This document shows, in pieces, positions 42,240 through 53,237 of a DNA stretch of 64,000 nucleotides (position 1 is the first letter of the stretch; each line of letters begins with the position of its first letter). The DNA comes from Sulfolobales archaeon HS-7. Its GTDB lineage: Archaea; Thermoproteota; Thermoprotei_A; Sulfolobales; Sulfolobaceae. Under the pieces are notes generated by a model. It did not search any database. It was not told the DNA's origin and was given only the letters and a program-made list of their open reading frames with translations. Both the position numbers and the translations under genes were made by a program. The DNA is taken from contig AP024596.1 of NCBI GenBank assembly GCA_019704295.1, forward strand, positions 224,001 through 288,000. Direction: 5' to 3'.

Positions 42240-43413
42240 TGCAGTAGTTGTAGGGACGGGTCCTGCGGGTTCTGCCTCTGCTCTTGTAGCGGCTAAGAAG
42301 GGATTAAAGGTATTAGTTATTGAAAGAGGCCCCGAACCTGGTTCTAAGACTGTCTCTGGAGCTATGATAAGAATTGACGAAGTGGGAAAAGTCTTTGGGA
42401 CGGATATACCCATCGAAAGGCAGGTAAAACGATTCAAAGTAATCATAGCTAACGGAGGGGATAGGGTCAACTTAGATTTTCCCGTATCTGGACTCGGAAC
42501 TGTTGGCAGGAGGAAATTCGACGCTTGGATGTCATCAAAGGCTGAGGCAGCGGGAGCAGTGGTAATTACTAAAACTTCCGTGACAGGTATAAAGCGAACT
42601 GAAGGAGGGATCAAGGTCTTAACCGATAGAGGGGAGATCTCAACGGGAAGAGTGGTATTGGCAGAGGGAGCAAATCCGATCCTCAGTATGTCACTCAGGA
42701 TTAGGGACGACTTAACACCGGAGGATGCAGTTCAAACCGCAAAAGAGGTTTACTCAATGCCTCAGACTGAGGTAACAAAGAGAATGGGACTTTCCGCTGA
42801 TACAGATGGAGAAGTGTGGAGGGTAATTTACGTAAATAAGACGTTCGGTGCGGGATTCCTCTATACATACAAGGACGCAATAGCAATAGGAGCTGGAGCT
42901 CCTATGAAAAGCATGATAGAGAAGAAATATCAACCCAATGTTATGATAGAGGACTTTAAGGAAGATTTAGGTCTGAAACAACTCCTCTCAGGTACTTCCT
43001 TGAGGGAGTACTCCGCGAAAATAATACCCGAGAGCGGCTTCCCCTATTGTAAAGCAGGGATAGACAACGTGTACCTAGCTGGTGACGCTATAGGTCTCGT
43101 CAATCCACTTACGTTTGACGGAATAGGTCCTGCCATAGCCTCTGGAGTAATAGCAGGTAATGCGGTAGCGGAAGGATGGGATCCACGGAAATATGAGGAG
43201 GCATTGAAATACGATCCACTAATTAAATCGGTAATAAGCAGTAGGAAGCTAGTGAAACAACTTCTGAGTACAGGAGAAAAGTACGTAACATTGCTTCCAG
43301 AAATAATGAAGAGATGGGCGTCAGGGGACCTTTACGGAATTAGAGAACTCGTAAGTGAAAACGCATGGACAATTTTAAAGGACCTCACCCTTTTAATGCA
43401 GGTGAGAAAATGA
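42220..43413 (+). CDS. fixC: FixC-like ETF:quinone oxidoreductase flavoprotein
   Basis: VVGTGPAG, ERGPEPGSK.VSG, EYSAKIIPE, LAGDA. Lies between etfAB and fixX. Confidence 0.85.
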   Translation: MRTVEFDAVVVGTGPAGSASALVAAKKGLKVLVIERGPEPGSKTVSGAMIRIDEVGKVFGTDIPIERQVKRFKVIIANGGDRVNLDFPVSGLGTVGRRKFDAWMSSKAEAAGAVVITKTSVTGIKRTEGGIKVLTDRGEISTGRVVLAEGANPILSMSLRIRDDLTPEDAVQTAKEVYSMPQTEVTKRMGLSADTDGEVWRVIYVNKTFGAGFLYTYKDAIAIGAGAPMKSMIEKKYQPNVMIEDFKEDLGLKQLLSGTSLREYSAKIIPESGFPYCKAGIDNVYLAGDAIGLVNPLTFDGIGPAIASGVIAGNAVAEGWDPRKYEEALKYDPLIKSVISSRKLVKQLLSTGEKYVTLLPEIMKRWASGDLYGIRELVSENAWTILKDLTLLMQVRK

Positions 43414-43697
43414 AATTAGAGGAAAAGCTGTATACCTTAAGGTATAAGAGAGACGAAGAACCTCATCTCATAATTAAGAACCAGGAAACGTGTAAGAGGT
43501 GTACTGAGAAATACGGAGTACCTGAACCTTGTCTCGCGGTCTGTCCCGCTAATGTATATAACTACACTGAGGGTAAAATGGTAGTTGCTTACGAGAATTG
43601 CGTGGAGTGCGGTGCGTGTAGAATTGCCTGCCCCTTCGATAACATAATCTGGAAATATCCTAGATATGGGCTAGGTATAGCTCTTAGGTATGGTTAG
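43410..43697 (+). CDS. fixX: FixX-like ferredoxin
   Basis: CKRC...CLAVCPA and CVECGACRIACP, WKYPR. ATGA overlap with fixC gives a start at 43410. Confidence 0.88.
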   Translation: MKLEEKLYTLRYKRDEEPHLIIKNQETCKRCTEKYGVPEPCLAVCPANVYNYTEGKMVVAYENCVECGACRIACPFDNIIWKYPRYGLGIALRYG

Positions 43698-44638
43698 TTA
43701 ACTAGTACCGCTCTTCCCGCAATTGTCCCAGCCACCATTTTTTGTATAGCCTCGTTAACATCCTCTAACTTGAACTTCTCATAGATAGGTCTGATTTTCC
43801 CATTATTTATCATTTTAACGCTTTCCAATACTTCATTCCTTGTGTATGCGGCAGAACCTTTTACGGTAATTTGTCTCATTATTAGAAGGGCGGGCCTTTT
43901 CACCTCGACGTTCTCTCCGGAGACGTTCCCTACAAGGACAAGAGTACCTCCCCGTTTTAACGTCCTCAAACTTTCATTGATAGTCGGTGCACCAACAATT
44001 TCGATCACCACGTCAACGTCATCCACCTCTTTATGAAACTCCCCTTCAGATATTACCTCATCCGAGAACGGTTTAACCTTACCCTCTTTCTCCTTTGAGG
44101 TAATCGATACTACATGAGCACCTAATAGTTTGAGGTATTGAATAGTATGAATTCCTACCCCTCCCCCGGCTCCGGTAACTAGAACCTTATCCCCAGGCCT
44201 CACTCCCGCTAATTTAGATGAGTGTATAGCCGTAGCTAAAGGACATACGGCCGCTGCGTATTTCTCGTAATTACTGTCGGGGAGCGGGTAAACGTTACCC
44301 CTCGGTATAATTACCTTCTCGGCATACCCTCCATATCTTCCCTCTCCGAGGTATACGGAATTTTCGCATAAGTTTTCCTCTCCGCTTTTGCAATACCTGC
44401 ACGAATTACACACTACCGTAGAGAAGATGCCAACTGCACGCCCCTCAAGTTCACCGTAAACCTCATGCCCTAAAACAAGAGGCGGCCTTAAGTTCCTAAA
44501 TCCCCCCTTCCATATCACTATATCCCTCCCGCACACACCACTGGATTTAACGTCAACTTCTACCTCCCCCTGGTCCTCCACCTCCTTTCGGACTAGGGGT
44601 TTATTGAACTCCTCTAGAACCATTGCATTGAACTTCAC
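43694..44638 (-). CDS. Zn-dependent alcohol dehydrogenase / acryloyl-CoA reductase-like (MDR)
   Basis: GVCGRD, LGHE, CNSCRYC...C, VTGAGGGVG. Confidence 0.88.
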   Translation of the reverse strand: MKFNAMVLEEFNKPLVRKEVEDQGEVEVDVKSSGVCGRDIVIWKGGFRNLRPPLVLGHEVYGELEGRAVGIFSTVVCNSCRYCKSGEENLCENSVYLGEGRYGGYAEKVIIPRGNVYPLPDSNYEKYAAAVCPLATAIHSSKLAGVRPGDKVLVTGAGGGVGIHTIQYLKLLGAHVVSITSKEKEGKVKPFSDEVISEGEFHKEVDDVDVVIEIVGAPTINESLRTLKRGGTLVLVGNVSGENVEVKRPALLIMRQITVKGSAAYTRNEVLESVKMINNGKIRPIYEKFKLEDVNEAIQKMVAGTIAGRAVLVN

Positions 44639-46599
44639 TACTCTCCCCTAAAGTTAGGCTTTCTTCTTTCAAGGAATGCCGTAACTCCCTCTTGGATATC
44701 CTTGGTGCTAAAAAGTAAACCGAAGAATGTAGCCTCCTGCATCAACCCATTCCAGACGTTAGTTTGTTCCCCATAGTTAATGCTCAATTTCGCCGCCATA
44801 ATTGATAAAGGGGATTTCTCAGCTATTTTCATAGCTAGAGCTTTCGCCTCCTCTTCAGCTTTCCCTTTCTCCACAACTCTATCCACAATACCGTAAGAGA
44901 ACGCCTCCTTTCCCATTATTTCTCCCCCTGTAAATATCATTTCAATTCCCTTCCTCGATAGTCTAGGCAGTCTCTGAGTACCTCCTGCTCCCGGAATTAA
45001 ACCAAGGTTTACTTCAGGTTGCCCTAATTTAGCGTCTGCCTCGGATATCCTCATGTCGCACGCCAGGGCGAGTTCAAGCCCTCCCCCATAAGCGAAGCCG
45101 TGAATTACGGCAATTACGGGTTTAGTTAAAAACCTGATCTTGTTGTACAGTTCCTGAAGTCTTCTTGACGCGATTACTGCCTTTATTGGCGAGAGATTAA
45201 GGAACTCCATGATGTCAGCACCTGCGGAAAAACCCCTTCCCTCTCCCCTTACTACGATAACCCTTACATCTCCGTCTTCCTCCAACTGGTCCAATGTTGA
45301 ACTTAGTTCCCTTACCATTTCAGCGTTAATCGCGTTTAGCCTTTCTGGTCTGTTTAGGATAACCCAGGCTAATGGTTTTTCCTTAACTATCCTTACGGTC
45401 TTTAACTCGGTGATACCTGAGTAATCGTAAAAACCTCTACCCGCTTTCTTCCCTGTCTTTCCCTCTGAAACCATTTTCTCTAGAAAGGGATCGGGTTCAA
45501 ACTGAGGAAGATCGTACTTTTGCCTCAAGTTCCTCAGTTCCTTTACGAAGTTATCTATTCCGTACTCGTCTGCGTATTGAAGTATACCTTTCGGCCAATT
45601 CAAACCGAGTTTGCAACCTTTATCTATGTCCTCTTCGCTTACAATTCCCTCCCTTATCAGAAACGCCGCCTCATTAACAGCAGTGGTAAGAAGGATATAG
45701 GCATTCAGTTGCCTTCCGATATCTTGAGGAATTGAAGGCCGAACGAACTTACCCTTTTCGGGATATTTGTAGTAACCCTCACCAGATTTATATCCGTATT
45801 TCCCCTCCGTGTAAAGTTGTTTAAGACTCTCGCAAGTGTAGACGTTGAATCCCCTCTCCGTCATCGCTTTTCCTACTAAATAGCCCACATCGACCCCAGC
45901 GTAGTCGTGAAGGAGGAAAACCCCCATAGGAAATCCTAGCTGGTAAATTGCTGCGGAGTCTATTTCCTTAACGTCTATCCCGTCCCTCTCATGAAGTAAG
46001 CAGGCGACTTCAGACACCCTAAATAGGAGCCTATTCACCAGGAAACCGGGAATGTCTTTGTTCACAGGAACAATTTCTTTTCCAAAACTCTTAGCGAAAT
46101 CAATTGCTTTTTTGAAGTATTCGTCAGAAGTCCTCTCACCGCGAATCACCTCTACAAGGGGCATGAGCACAGGAGGGTTGAAGAAGTGCATTCCAACTAC
46201 TCTTTCCGGTTTTGCTAGATTCTTCGCTATTTCGGTTATTGGAAGAGAGCTAGTATTTGAGGCTAAAACGGCGTCACTTTCTACAAGGGTTTCGGCCTTA
46301 GAGAAAACTTTCCTCTTGGTTTCCAGATCTTCTATGACGGCCTCTATCATGAGTACGGCCCCTCTCAACGCCTCCTCTTGATTGGTAGTAGCGTGAATAC
46401 GTGAGATAATTGAGTCTGCACTCTCCTTTACTGAACCTTTCTCCACTAATTTCTCAACACTCCAACTGATTCTTTGAAGAGCGTTCTGTAGGATTGATTC
46501 TGCGACATCGTTTATCCATACTTCATATCCAGATAGGGCCGCGACCTCTGCTATGCCGTGGCCCATTGAACCGGCTCCCACTACTGCGACTTTTTTCAT
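44638..46599 (-). CDS. 3-hydroxyacyl-CoA dehydrogenase / enoyl-CoA hydratase fusion
   Basis: GAGSMGHGIA, SNTSSL and GMHFFNP, followed by a crotonase domain (FSAGAD, GGGLEL, PEVNLG). Likely start at 46599. Confidence 0.93.
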   Translation of the reverse strand: MKKVAVVGAGSMGHGIAEVAALSGYEVWINDVAESILQNALQRISWSVEKLVEKGSVKESADSIISRIHATTNQEEALRGAVLMIEAVIEDLETKRKVFSKAETLVESDAVLASNTSSLPITEIAKNLAKPERVVGMHFFNPPVLMPLVEVIRGERTSDEYFKKAIDFAKSFGKEIVPVNKDIPGFLVNRLLFRVSEVACLLHERDGIDVKEIDSAAIYQLGFPMGVFLLHDYAGVDVGYLVGKAMTERGFNVYTCESLKQLYTEGKYGYKSGEGYYKYPEKGKFVRPSIPQDIGRQLNAYILLTTAVNEAAFLIREGIVSEEDIDKGCKLGLNWPKGILQYADEYGIDNFVKELRNLRQKYDLPQFEPDPFLEKMVSEGKTGKKAGRGFYDYSGITELKTVRIVKEKPLAWVILNRPERLNAINAEMVRELSSTLDQLEEDGDVRVIVVRGEGRGFSAGADIMEFLNLSPIKAVIASRRLQELYNKIRFLTKPVIAVIHGFAYGGGLELALACDMRISEADAKLGQPEVNLGLIPGAGGTQRLPRLSRKGIEMIFTGGEIMGKEAFSYGIVDRVVEKGKAEEEAKALAMKIAEKSPLSIMAAKLSINYGEQTNVWNGLMQEATFFGLLFSTKDIQEGVTAFLERRKPNFRGE

Positions 46600-46728
46600 A
46601 CCTTCTTTGCATCGTTTACTGATAAAACATTTTCTGAGTACGCAGATAGCTAAATGAGAGACGAACATTTCGTAAGGATTTTCCGACAGTGTTCTCCTAA
46701 CGATTTCACAACTGATTATAGGCTCCCT

Positions 46729-46802
46729 AAAGGCCTTTCATGTTTCGCCTCTACATGACTATGGGAACAACGTGTCCAGAACGTTACCTACATCAACATC
46801 GC
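46729..46802 (-). repeat. ~175-bp dispersed element, partial copy D (3' end)
   Basis: ttcgcctctacatgactatgggaacaacgtg is near-identical to 39583-39612. Confidence 0.7.
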
Positions 46803-47069
46803 AATGGATCGTTATCTTCATCGCTGGTATTATGTTTTGTTCTAGGGGAAGTTGAGAGATAGCATCATCACGCCCTGTTCCTCATTCATTGAAGCATTAC
46901 CGCTTAATGGGAGAACCGTCTTTAGCTTACAGCTAACCCTCTCAGAAGTGATTAAAGTACATATAATGTAACACAGTGTTGCCCATCGGCTACAAGTAGG
47001 GTAATTTTGGATTCTTTTACAAATCGTAATTTAGAGAAAGAACAGTAATATACAATAAATTGTTGAGCG

Positions 47070-47235
47070 TAGGGGCGGCTCACATATTCATTGCGAATTC
47101 AGTGTATTTAGAAAAATAAAATGAATTTAATTGGATGCGATCGTATAGACTAGGTGGAGTTTCACACTTAGCAATTTCCTTTATTTAATCCCTATTTACA
47201 ATAATTACAATTCGCAATGGAAACCTGAATCGCCC
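47070..47235. mobile_element. ~165-bp MITE with IS256-type TIRs, copy 3
   Basis: Reverse complement of 1201-1367. Confidence 0.75.
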
Positions 47236-47249
47236 GAGAACGGTGAGAG

Positions 47250-47638
47250 TAAGGCTTTGAGAAAACATATCCTTCATTCCAACTTCTCTAAGTTCATGAG
47301 CTACCTAATAAGGCTGAAAGAGCTGGTAAGAGGGTAGTGAAGGTAGACCCTAGGAATACTTCAAAGACATGTGCTAGGTGCGGATATGTAAAGAAAGACC
47401 TAATCCTTTCTGACCGTGTGTTTATTTGTCCAAACTGCGGTTGGGTCGCAGACCGCGATTATAACGCTTCTCTAAATATCCTTCACGCGGGGTCGGGACT
47501 GCCCTTAGAGCCTGTGGACAGGAGACCTCTGCTGTACATCCCCTTCTCTAAGGGTGTGTATAGTAAGTTTCCGGGAAGAAGCAGGAAATCCTCACCGCGA
47601 GGTGGGAATGCCCTGTCCGTGAGGCCGGAGTAGTTTAC
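47250..47638 (+). mobile_element. tnpB: IS200/IS605 tnpB 3' fragment with omegaRNA region and right end
   Basis: [14 protein letters not shown]...[18 protein letters not shown] (Zn finger and RuvC III), a GC hairpin ctcaccgcgaggtggg, and the end gtagtttac. The 5' part of the gene is missing. Confidence 0.88.
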
Positions 47639-48306
47639 TGGGACACATTCAGTTTTTTCAAAAAATCCTCAGACCTTACTAGTTCTAACAGTTCTATAAT
47701 TCCCTCTCCGTCCTCCTTACTTAACACGTGATCTGCTCTTTCCTTCAGAGAAGGTACTGCGTTAGCAACTGCCACCCTTATATCAACGACATCAAATAGT
47801 TTATGGTCGTTCTCCCCATCTCCTACTCCTATTGTTATCCCATCAAAGTTCAACAGTTTAATAGCCTTTAACAACCCGGTTCCCTTATTTACTCCTACTG
47901 GCATGATCATTGCATCTCCTCGATTATACTCCACACTTGCTCCATCCGTTAAGATTAGCTCTTCTTTTATGCCGTTTACATACACTATCTGCTCTCCTAG
48001 CGAGAAATTCAAGCCTCTGTTCTTAAGCTCCTTAATTACCCTTTCCCTTTCAACCCTCCACTCCTCTGGAACGTTTATTACCTTTTGCCCATTAATGTGG
48101 ATAATTGCTCCATTCTCTATTACCCATCCGGTAGGTTCTAATTTCGACGCAAGTAATTTTGCGTACTTTTCCTCCCTTCCTGTAACAACTAAGAATGCAT
48201 TAGCTTTACAGAACTCGTTAATTTTCTCTGAAACCTCATCTCTCACGTAGAAGTCATCCTTTTCTGACGATATCGTCCTGTCCATGTCTGAGGCAACGAG
48301 TATCAT
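47635..48306 (-). CDS. Cof-type HAD hydrolase (phosphoglycolate phosphatase-like)
   Basis: SDMDRT, VTGR, ENGA, GVNKG, GDGENDH, AVANA. Likely start at 48306. Confidence 0.88.
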   Translation of the reverse strand: MILVASDMDRTISSEKDDFYVRDEVSEKINEFCKANAFLVVTGREEKYAKLLASKLEPTGWVIENGAIIHINGQKVINVPEEWRVERERVIKELKNRGLNFSLGEQIVYVNGIKEELILTDGASVEYNRGDAMIMPVGVNKGTGLLKAIKLLNFDGITIGVGDGENDHKLFDVVDIRVAVANAVPSLKERADHVLSKEDGEGIIELLELVRSEDFLKKLNVSQ

Positions 48307-48410
48307 TTTCTCTAAAGTATACCAGGATTGTTTAAAAGTGTTTTCCGGTCTTACTTCAAATTTACGGTTTTTGAAATTTCTATAAATTAATAATTCATTC
48401 GAGTATCCCT

Positions 48411-48749
48411 TTAACTCGAGAACTTGTAATCGCAATAAGGACAGAACTGAGCGTCGTACCTATTTATAGCTCCGCATCTCGGGCAGTACTTGACTTGTGG
48501 TACTTGTGAATAGGGGGTAATATATTGCTGAGGAGGGGGTTGATAGCTCACCTGGATTCCTCCCTCAGCGGGTTTAATAGCGTAATCTGCTATTTTATTT
48601 AAACCAAAAAGAAGTAGAATTATTCCACTAAATATTCCCGTAAAGGAAAGGGCTAAGTTGAGTGAAGGAAACGCCTGGGATACCACAACGAAGATCACTA
48701 TTACTATTACTCCCAGGATTGTAATACTTCTCGCAGTTCCCTCATCCAT
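48411..48749 (-). CDS. Two-TM protein with C-terminal zinc ribbon
   Basis: CPRCG...FCPYC. Confidence 0.8.
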   Translation of the reverse strand: MDEGTARSITILGVIVIVIFVVVSQAFPSLNLALSFTGIFSGIILLLFGLNKIADYAIKPAEGGIQVSYQPPPQQYITPYSQVPQVKYCPRCGAINRYDAQFCPYCDYKFSS

Positions 48750-48955
48750 AATAATAGATGACGGTCATAGATAAAAAATCTTAAACAACAAAAGTTTATT
48801 CTAAAGAGAGGCCAGACCTCCTGATGTTCGGTCATTGAAATAATTTTTTTAAATACGGAGTATTAACGTTATTTAATGGATAAAGTAAAAGGGAATAGAG
48901 AGTATTCGTCACATTACGGGAAGCGTCCAGGGAGTTTTGCGTCGAATCTAAAAGG

Positions 48956-49819
48956 TTGTACAAGGAGGTAGTCAGTGAAGTTAATGAGGTGAGGTATGTG
49001 CAAGTAAGTACTTACATGATAAAGGACCCTCCGATTGTTAACGAGGATTCGAGGTTAATTGACGCACTAAAGGTACTTAACGAAAAAGGGGTTGGGCGGG
49101 TAATCGTGGGGGACTCAAAAGGGATCATTTCCACCCGTGATATTCTAAGCGTTTTATCATCTAGATGTAGACCCTGCGTTCAGGCATCTCTTGCTGAGTT
49201 ATCGGAAATACCCGTAAGTGAAATCATGACACCTTTGCCGGTAACTGTAGATGCGGAAGCAGATATTCAGGAAGCCTTAGCGTTGATGGTAAGCAGGAAC
49301 TTCGGTTCTCTTCCCGTGGTGAGAAACAATAAAACAGTAGGAATAGTTGTTGAGAGGAACTTCTTAATAGAATTCATGAATCTCAGTAAAGTTCTAAGGG
49401 TTAGTCAATTCATGACTAGAAAGGTAAGCACAGGAAACGAGGAAATGTCCTTATATGAGGCACTTCACGTAATGACTAGGAGAGGATTTAGAAGATTACC
49501 TATCGTTAAGGGGCAAAGGCTAATCGGTATAATTACCGCTTACGATCTCCTTAAGATAGTCACACGAGCATTAATCAAGTTGGACGATCAGATATTGAGG
49601 TTTCCTGTCGAAAAATACATGACGAAAGAGCTGAAATACGTAGAGCCTGAAGACTTCGTAAACGACGCTGCGACCATCATGCTAACGGAACATATAGGAT
49701 CGCTCCTCCATGTAGGTGAAAATCATGAAATATTGGGTATATTGACGGAACGCGATCTACTTTTAGCCCTTTATCATCAACTCATCGAATCAGGAGTTCA
49801 GCAAAAGACGTTACATTAA
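48956..49819 (+). CDS. CBS domain protein (4 CBS)
   Basis: GIISTRD, GIVVERN, GIITAYD, GILTERD. Probable start at GTG 48998 after GAGGTGA. Confidence 0.88.
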   Translation: MYKEVVSEVNEVRYVQVSTYMIKDPPIVNEDSRLIDALKVLNEKGVGRVIVGDSKGIISTRDILSVLSSRCRPCVQASLAELSEIPVSEIMTPLPVTVDAEADIQEALALMVSRNFGSLPVVRNNKTVGIVVERNFLIEFMNLSKVLRVSQFMTRKVSTGNEEMSLYEALHVMTRRGFRRLPIVKGQRLIGIITAYDLLKIVTRALIKLDDQILRFPVEKYMTKELKYVEPEDFVNDAATIMLTEHIGSLLHVGENHEILGILTERDLLLALYHQLIESGVQQKTLH

Positions 49820-49884
49820 CGAGGTTCATTATAGGGTTTAGTTCATCTAACTTCGCATAGCCCAGAGCGTAATGAGTTCAGAAC

Positions 49885-51324
49885 TTATCCAGGCTCCGTA
49901 GCTGGGGATATTTGCCTTTCTTGCACTGATCTAACCTCTTTTCCCCTCAATGCCGATAAAACAGCTCCAACTACCAAAATAGCCATCGAAATGAAAAACG
50001 CAACGTGTATTCCGGCTAAGAATTTAGCCCCTACACCTCCTACTAAGTTACTCGTACCCAGGAAGACTTCAAACGCAACGTATCTAGGAACTGCTAGGGA
50101 TGCCACAGTTATAGTTACCACGTAACTCAAAAGTGTTCCAATGTTAGATAGAGTTCTCAGCACTCCTGAAATTCCGCCGTAGTAACCCCTTGACGCGTTT
50201 GCCATTACTGCACTGTTATTTGCGGGATAAAATAGAGATGAACCTACGCCCCCTATAAGGGTAGTGAGTATGACGTAATCGTATGGCGTATGTAAGCCGA
50301 GCCTAGTATACAGGAACGTTGCTACGATCATCATTACCATTCCCAATGTCGCCGGTATTCTCGCTCCTATTCTGTCGGAGAGTCTCCCAGTAAATGGAGC
50401 CACTACGCTGGCTAAGACATAGCCTGGGACTAATAGTAGTGAGGCGTTAAACGGCGAAAGTCCCCTTATCCCTTGGAGGTACATTATTAAAATAAATGCC
50501 GTGGCCAAATACCCTGTGCTTTGTAAAAACGAGGCTAGCAGAGAGCTCGACAATACCCTATTCTTAAAGGCGGCGAAGTCAATTAATGGGTTTTCAGTTC
50601 TCAGTTCAACAAGTGTAAACGGAACCAGAAGAAGGACACCAAGAGCAACGTAGATCGCATTTAAAAGCGTTAATCCTATCCCAGCTATTTCCGACGCTCC
50701 ATAAGCTATCAAGGTTAACGAGGCACCTAGTAATATTACCCCGGGTATATCGATCTTCTTCTTAACGTGCTGCGAATCCCTGAGTGTTCTCACTCCTAAC
50801 GCTATTGTAACTACTCCTATGGGCACGTTAATGTAAAATATATACCTCCAACCAATGAAAGTAGTTATTATCCCCCCGAGAAGTATCCCAAGTACGGCTC
50901 CTACGTTCCATCCAATCGAGGTGTACCCATAGGCCCTCCCCCTCCTGTTAGGAGGATAGTTATCGGCTATTATTGCCCCTCCGTTAGCCTGCATTAAAGA
51001 CGCTCCTATAGCCTGTATTCCCCTTGAGCCTATCAGGAATACATCAGTGGGAGCTGCACCGCACATAGCAGAGCCTATCGTGAAGATAAGGAATCCTATA
51101 TTATACATCCTCGATCTCCCGTAAGAGTCGCCGAGTCTACCGAGCTGAGTAGTCAGCACCGCAACGACTAAGATGTAAAGCAGGATAACCCATATGATGG
51201 TAAAGAGGTTAGAGTGAAGTGATTGAACTATTGTAGGTAACGCTAAAATCACTATTGTGGTATCAATTGCGCTCATCATTGTTCCTAACAGGACAACAAA
51301 GATAACTATGTTACCTCTATCCAT
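49885..51324 (-). CDS. MFS drug:H+ antiporter (DHA2, 14 TMS)
   Basis: [32 protein letters not shown]. Confidence 0.92.
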   Translation of the reverse strand: MDRGNIVIFVVLLGTMMSAIDTTIVILALPTIVQSLHSNLFTIIWVILLYILVVAVLTTQLGRLGDSYGRSRMYNIGFLIFTIGSAMCGAAPTDVFLIGSRGIQAIGASLMQANGGAIIADNYPPNRRGRAYGYTSIGWNVGAVLGILLGGIITTFIGWRYIFYINVPIGVVTIALGVRTLRDSQHVKKKIDIPGVILLGASLTLIAYGASEIAGIGLTLLNAIYVALGVLLLVPFTLVELRTENPLIDFAAFKNRVLSSSLLASFLQSTGYLATAFILIMYLQGIRGLSPFNASLLLVPGYVLASVVAPFTGRLSDRIGARIPATLGMVMMIVATFLYTRLGLHTPYDYVILTTLIGGVGSSLFYPANNSAVMANASRGYYGGISGVLRTLSNIGTLLSYVVTITVASLAVPRYVAFEVFLGTSNLVGGVGAKFLAGIHVAFFISMAILVVGAVLSALRGKEVRSVQERQISPATEPG

Positions 51325-51756
51325 GTTGCCTAATCTTGTAGAAGCAGTTTAAAAAGGTTAGTCTTAATTCAATTTGCTTAGTTCCCCTTAGTCAAATAAC
51401 TTGCGATGCCTTGACCTAACGCCACCGACGCTTATGAAGGGCATCCACTCAAAGGACTCATCATTCACCGGGGACGATCAGGGACTACGCGTCTGAAAAC
51501 CAGTAGGTAGAGACTATCCCCCTCACCTGAAGGAAGGAGAACTTTAGTCCATTAGTCCATGAGAAGAAACGAGGGTAATGATTGCCTCTTACGCTCACTA
51601 GCTCTCAACGAGGTAAGGACATTGTTAGCGGAACTAAACCACATTTCATCACAGAACACTGTACACGGATTTTATCCCAATAAGCGAAAATTCCCGACCC
51701 CATACCGTAAATGAGGTAATTCCCACTACTAAGTAATTCCCTCCCTTCCCTCAAAG

Positions 51757-52182
51757 TTAACTTTGATCCGAGAAAAGGATCGAATAAGCCTTTGATATTC
51801 TTTGCGATATCTCTTGCGCAACTTCCGAATTAATTTCCCTTCTCGGCCTGAAGTCCTGCGGAGGATCTTCATAAGCGGGAATTACGTGAACGTGGAGATG
51901 GAATATTACCTGACCTGCGCTACTACCCACATTAGTTCCTATTCTCACCCCATCCGCTCTCATAGCTTCCTTAGTCGCAATAGCAATCTTCTTAGTAAAG
52001 ACGCTCAATTCCTTTAGGACTTCATCTGGAGCGTTTAAGTAGTCCTGGAAATGAGAGTCGGGCACGACCAGAGTGTGACCCGGGGATAAAGGAAATCTAT
52101 CCAAAAACGCAGTAAATCCGTTCTCTCTCCTTATTATAAACCCCTTTTCACGACCGTGGATTATTTCGCAAAAGACACACAT
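51757..52182 (-). CDS. HIT family hydrolase
   Basis: CVFC, GHTLVVP, FHLHVHVIP. Likely start at 52182. Confidence 0.92.
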   Translation of the reverse strand: MCVFCEIIHGREKGFIIRRENGFTAFLDRFPLSPGHTLVVPDSHFQDYLNAPDEVLKELSVFTKKIAIATKEAMRADGVRIGTNVGSSAGQVIFHLHVHVIPAYEDPPQDFRPRREINSEVAQEISQRISKAYSILFSDQS

Positions 52183-52228
52183 AAAAAGATGTTTTGGCTC
52201 TACCTTTAAAGCATTACTTAACCTATAA

Positions 52229-52756
52229 TTGTACATGGTCGTCTTAAATTTAGGAATAGCCGCGAGTAGTAACAGAGGGAATCGGGAATTAGCTAAGAAA
52301 TTCGTCTATTCCCTCCCCAAGGAGACTAGGTTATTTCTAGGAGGATATTGGGGTCTAATGAAGGACGTTGCGGATTTCTCAGACGAAAGGGGGTTTCAGA
52401 CTATCTTCATCCTACCTGAGGGTTCGGAAGACCACGTTCCTAGAAGGGATAATTTCATACTGGTAAATTCCGGCATGGAACCAAGAGCAAGGAGTGTTAC
52501 CCTGTGCAAATCCTCAGATATCCTTGTCGCACTAGGTGGGGATTCCGGAACGATTATAGAGATATTTATGGCATACGCCTTGAAGAAGCCAGTGATCGTT
52601 CTAAAAGGATACGGATATCACTCCGATAATTTAGAGAAGGCCTTTCCTACATATCTCGACTCTAGGGAAATTACCCCTGTTACGTATGTGAACTCACCTG
52701 AAGAAGCTGCAAAGGAAGTAATGAGATATTGGGAAAAAAGGACAAAAACCTATTAA
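52229..52756 (+). CDS. LOG/TIGR00725-like Rossmann-fold protein
   Basis: GGYWGLMK, R...L...SD.LVALGGDSGTIIE. Confidence 0.82.
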   Translation: MYMVVLNLGIAASSNRGNRELAKKFVYSLPKETRLFLGGYWGLMKDVADFSDERGFQTIFILPEGSEDHVPRRDNFILVNSGMEPRARSVTLCKSSDILVALGGDSGTIIEIFMAYALKKPVIVLKGYGYHSDNLEKAFPTYLDSREITPVTYVNSPEEAAKEVMRYWEKRTKTY

Positions 52757-52838
52757 ACAAAATTACACTTTCTAATTTAAACGCCATATATGCGATAGAA
52801 TCATTAGTAACAAAATATTTTTATATTTAAATTGATAT

Positions 52839-53237
52839 TTGATAGATATGGAGACGCTAGACTTTGGGAAGGCTAAAGTCAGGTTACCCTCCGGTAAGGA
52901 GGTTGGAGTAATAGATGCCCTCTCATTCTGCTACGGACTTTCCGACACAGATGTAGAATTGCTGAAAATACTCATCAATAAGGGAACTGCCTCAGAAGAT
53001 GAAATTTCCCAGTTGATGAAAATAAGCAAAGCCTCTGTAAACAGGAGTCTCAACAAGTTACTTTCAGTTGGTTTCGTCGATAAGAGCAGGGGAGAGACCC
53101 CTAAACTAGGTAGGCCTAAATACATGTATAAAGCCATGCCTGTAGATGAGCTTGTGGAAAGGATACGGAATGAATTTCACGATTGCGCAAGGATATTCTC
53201 AGAAATGCTTAATAAAATCGTCAGAGAAGATAAGTGA
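52839..53237 (+). CDS. Lrs14-like winged-HTH DNA-binding protein
   Basis: FCYGLSDTD, ISKASVNRSLNKL and wing GRPKYMY. Confidence 0.8.
   Translation: MIDMETLDFGKAKVRLPSGKEVGVIDALSFCYGLSDTDVELLKILINKGTASEDEISQLMKISKASVNRSLNKLLSVGFVDKSRGETPKLGRPKYMYKAMPVDELVERIRNEFHDCARIFSEMLNKIVREDK

Noticed and set aside
51400-51560. GC-richer intergenic patch, possibly ncRNA or IS end (similar patches at 36700-36930 and 56580-56670)
   Set aside because: I could not align it convincingly to any element or fold.
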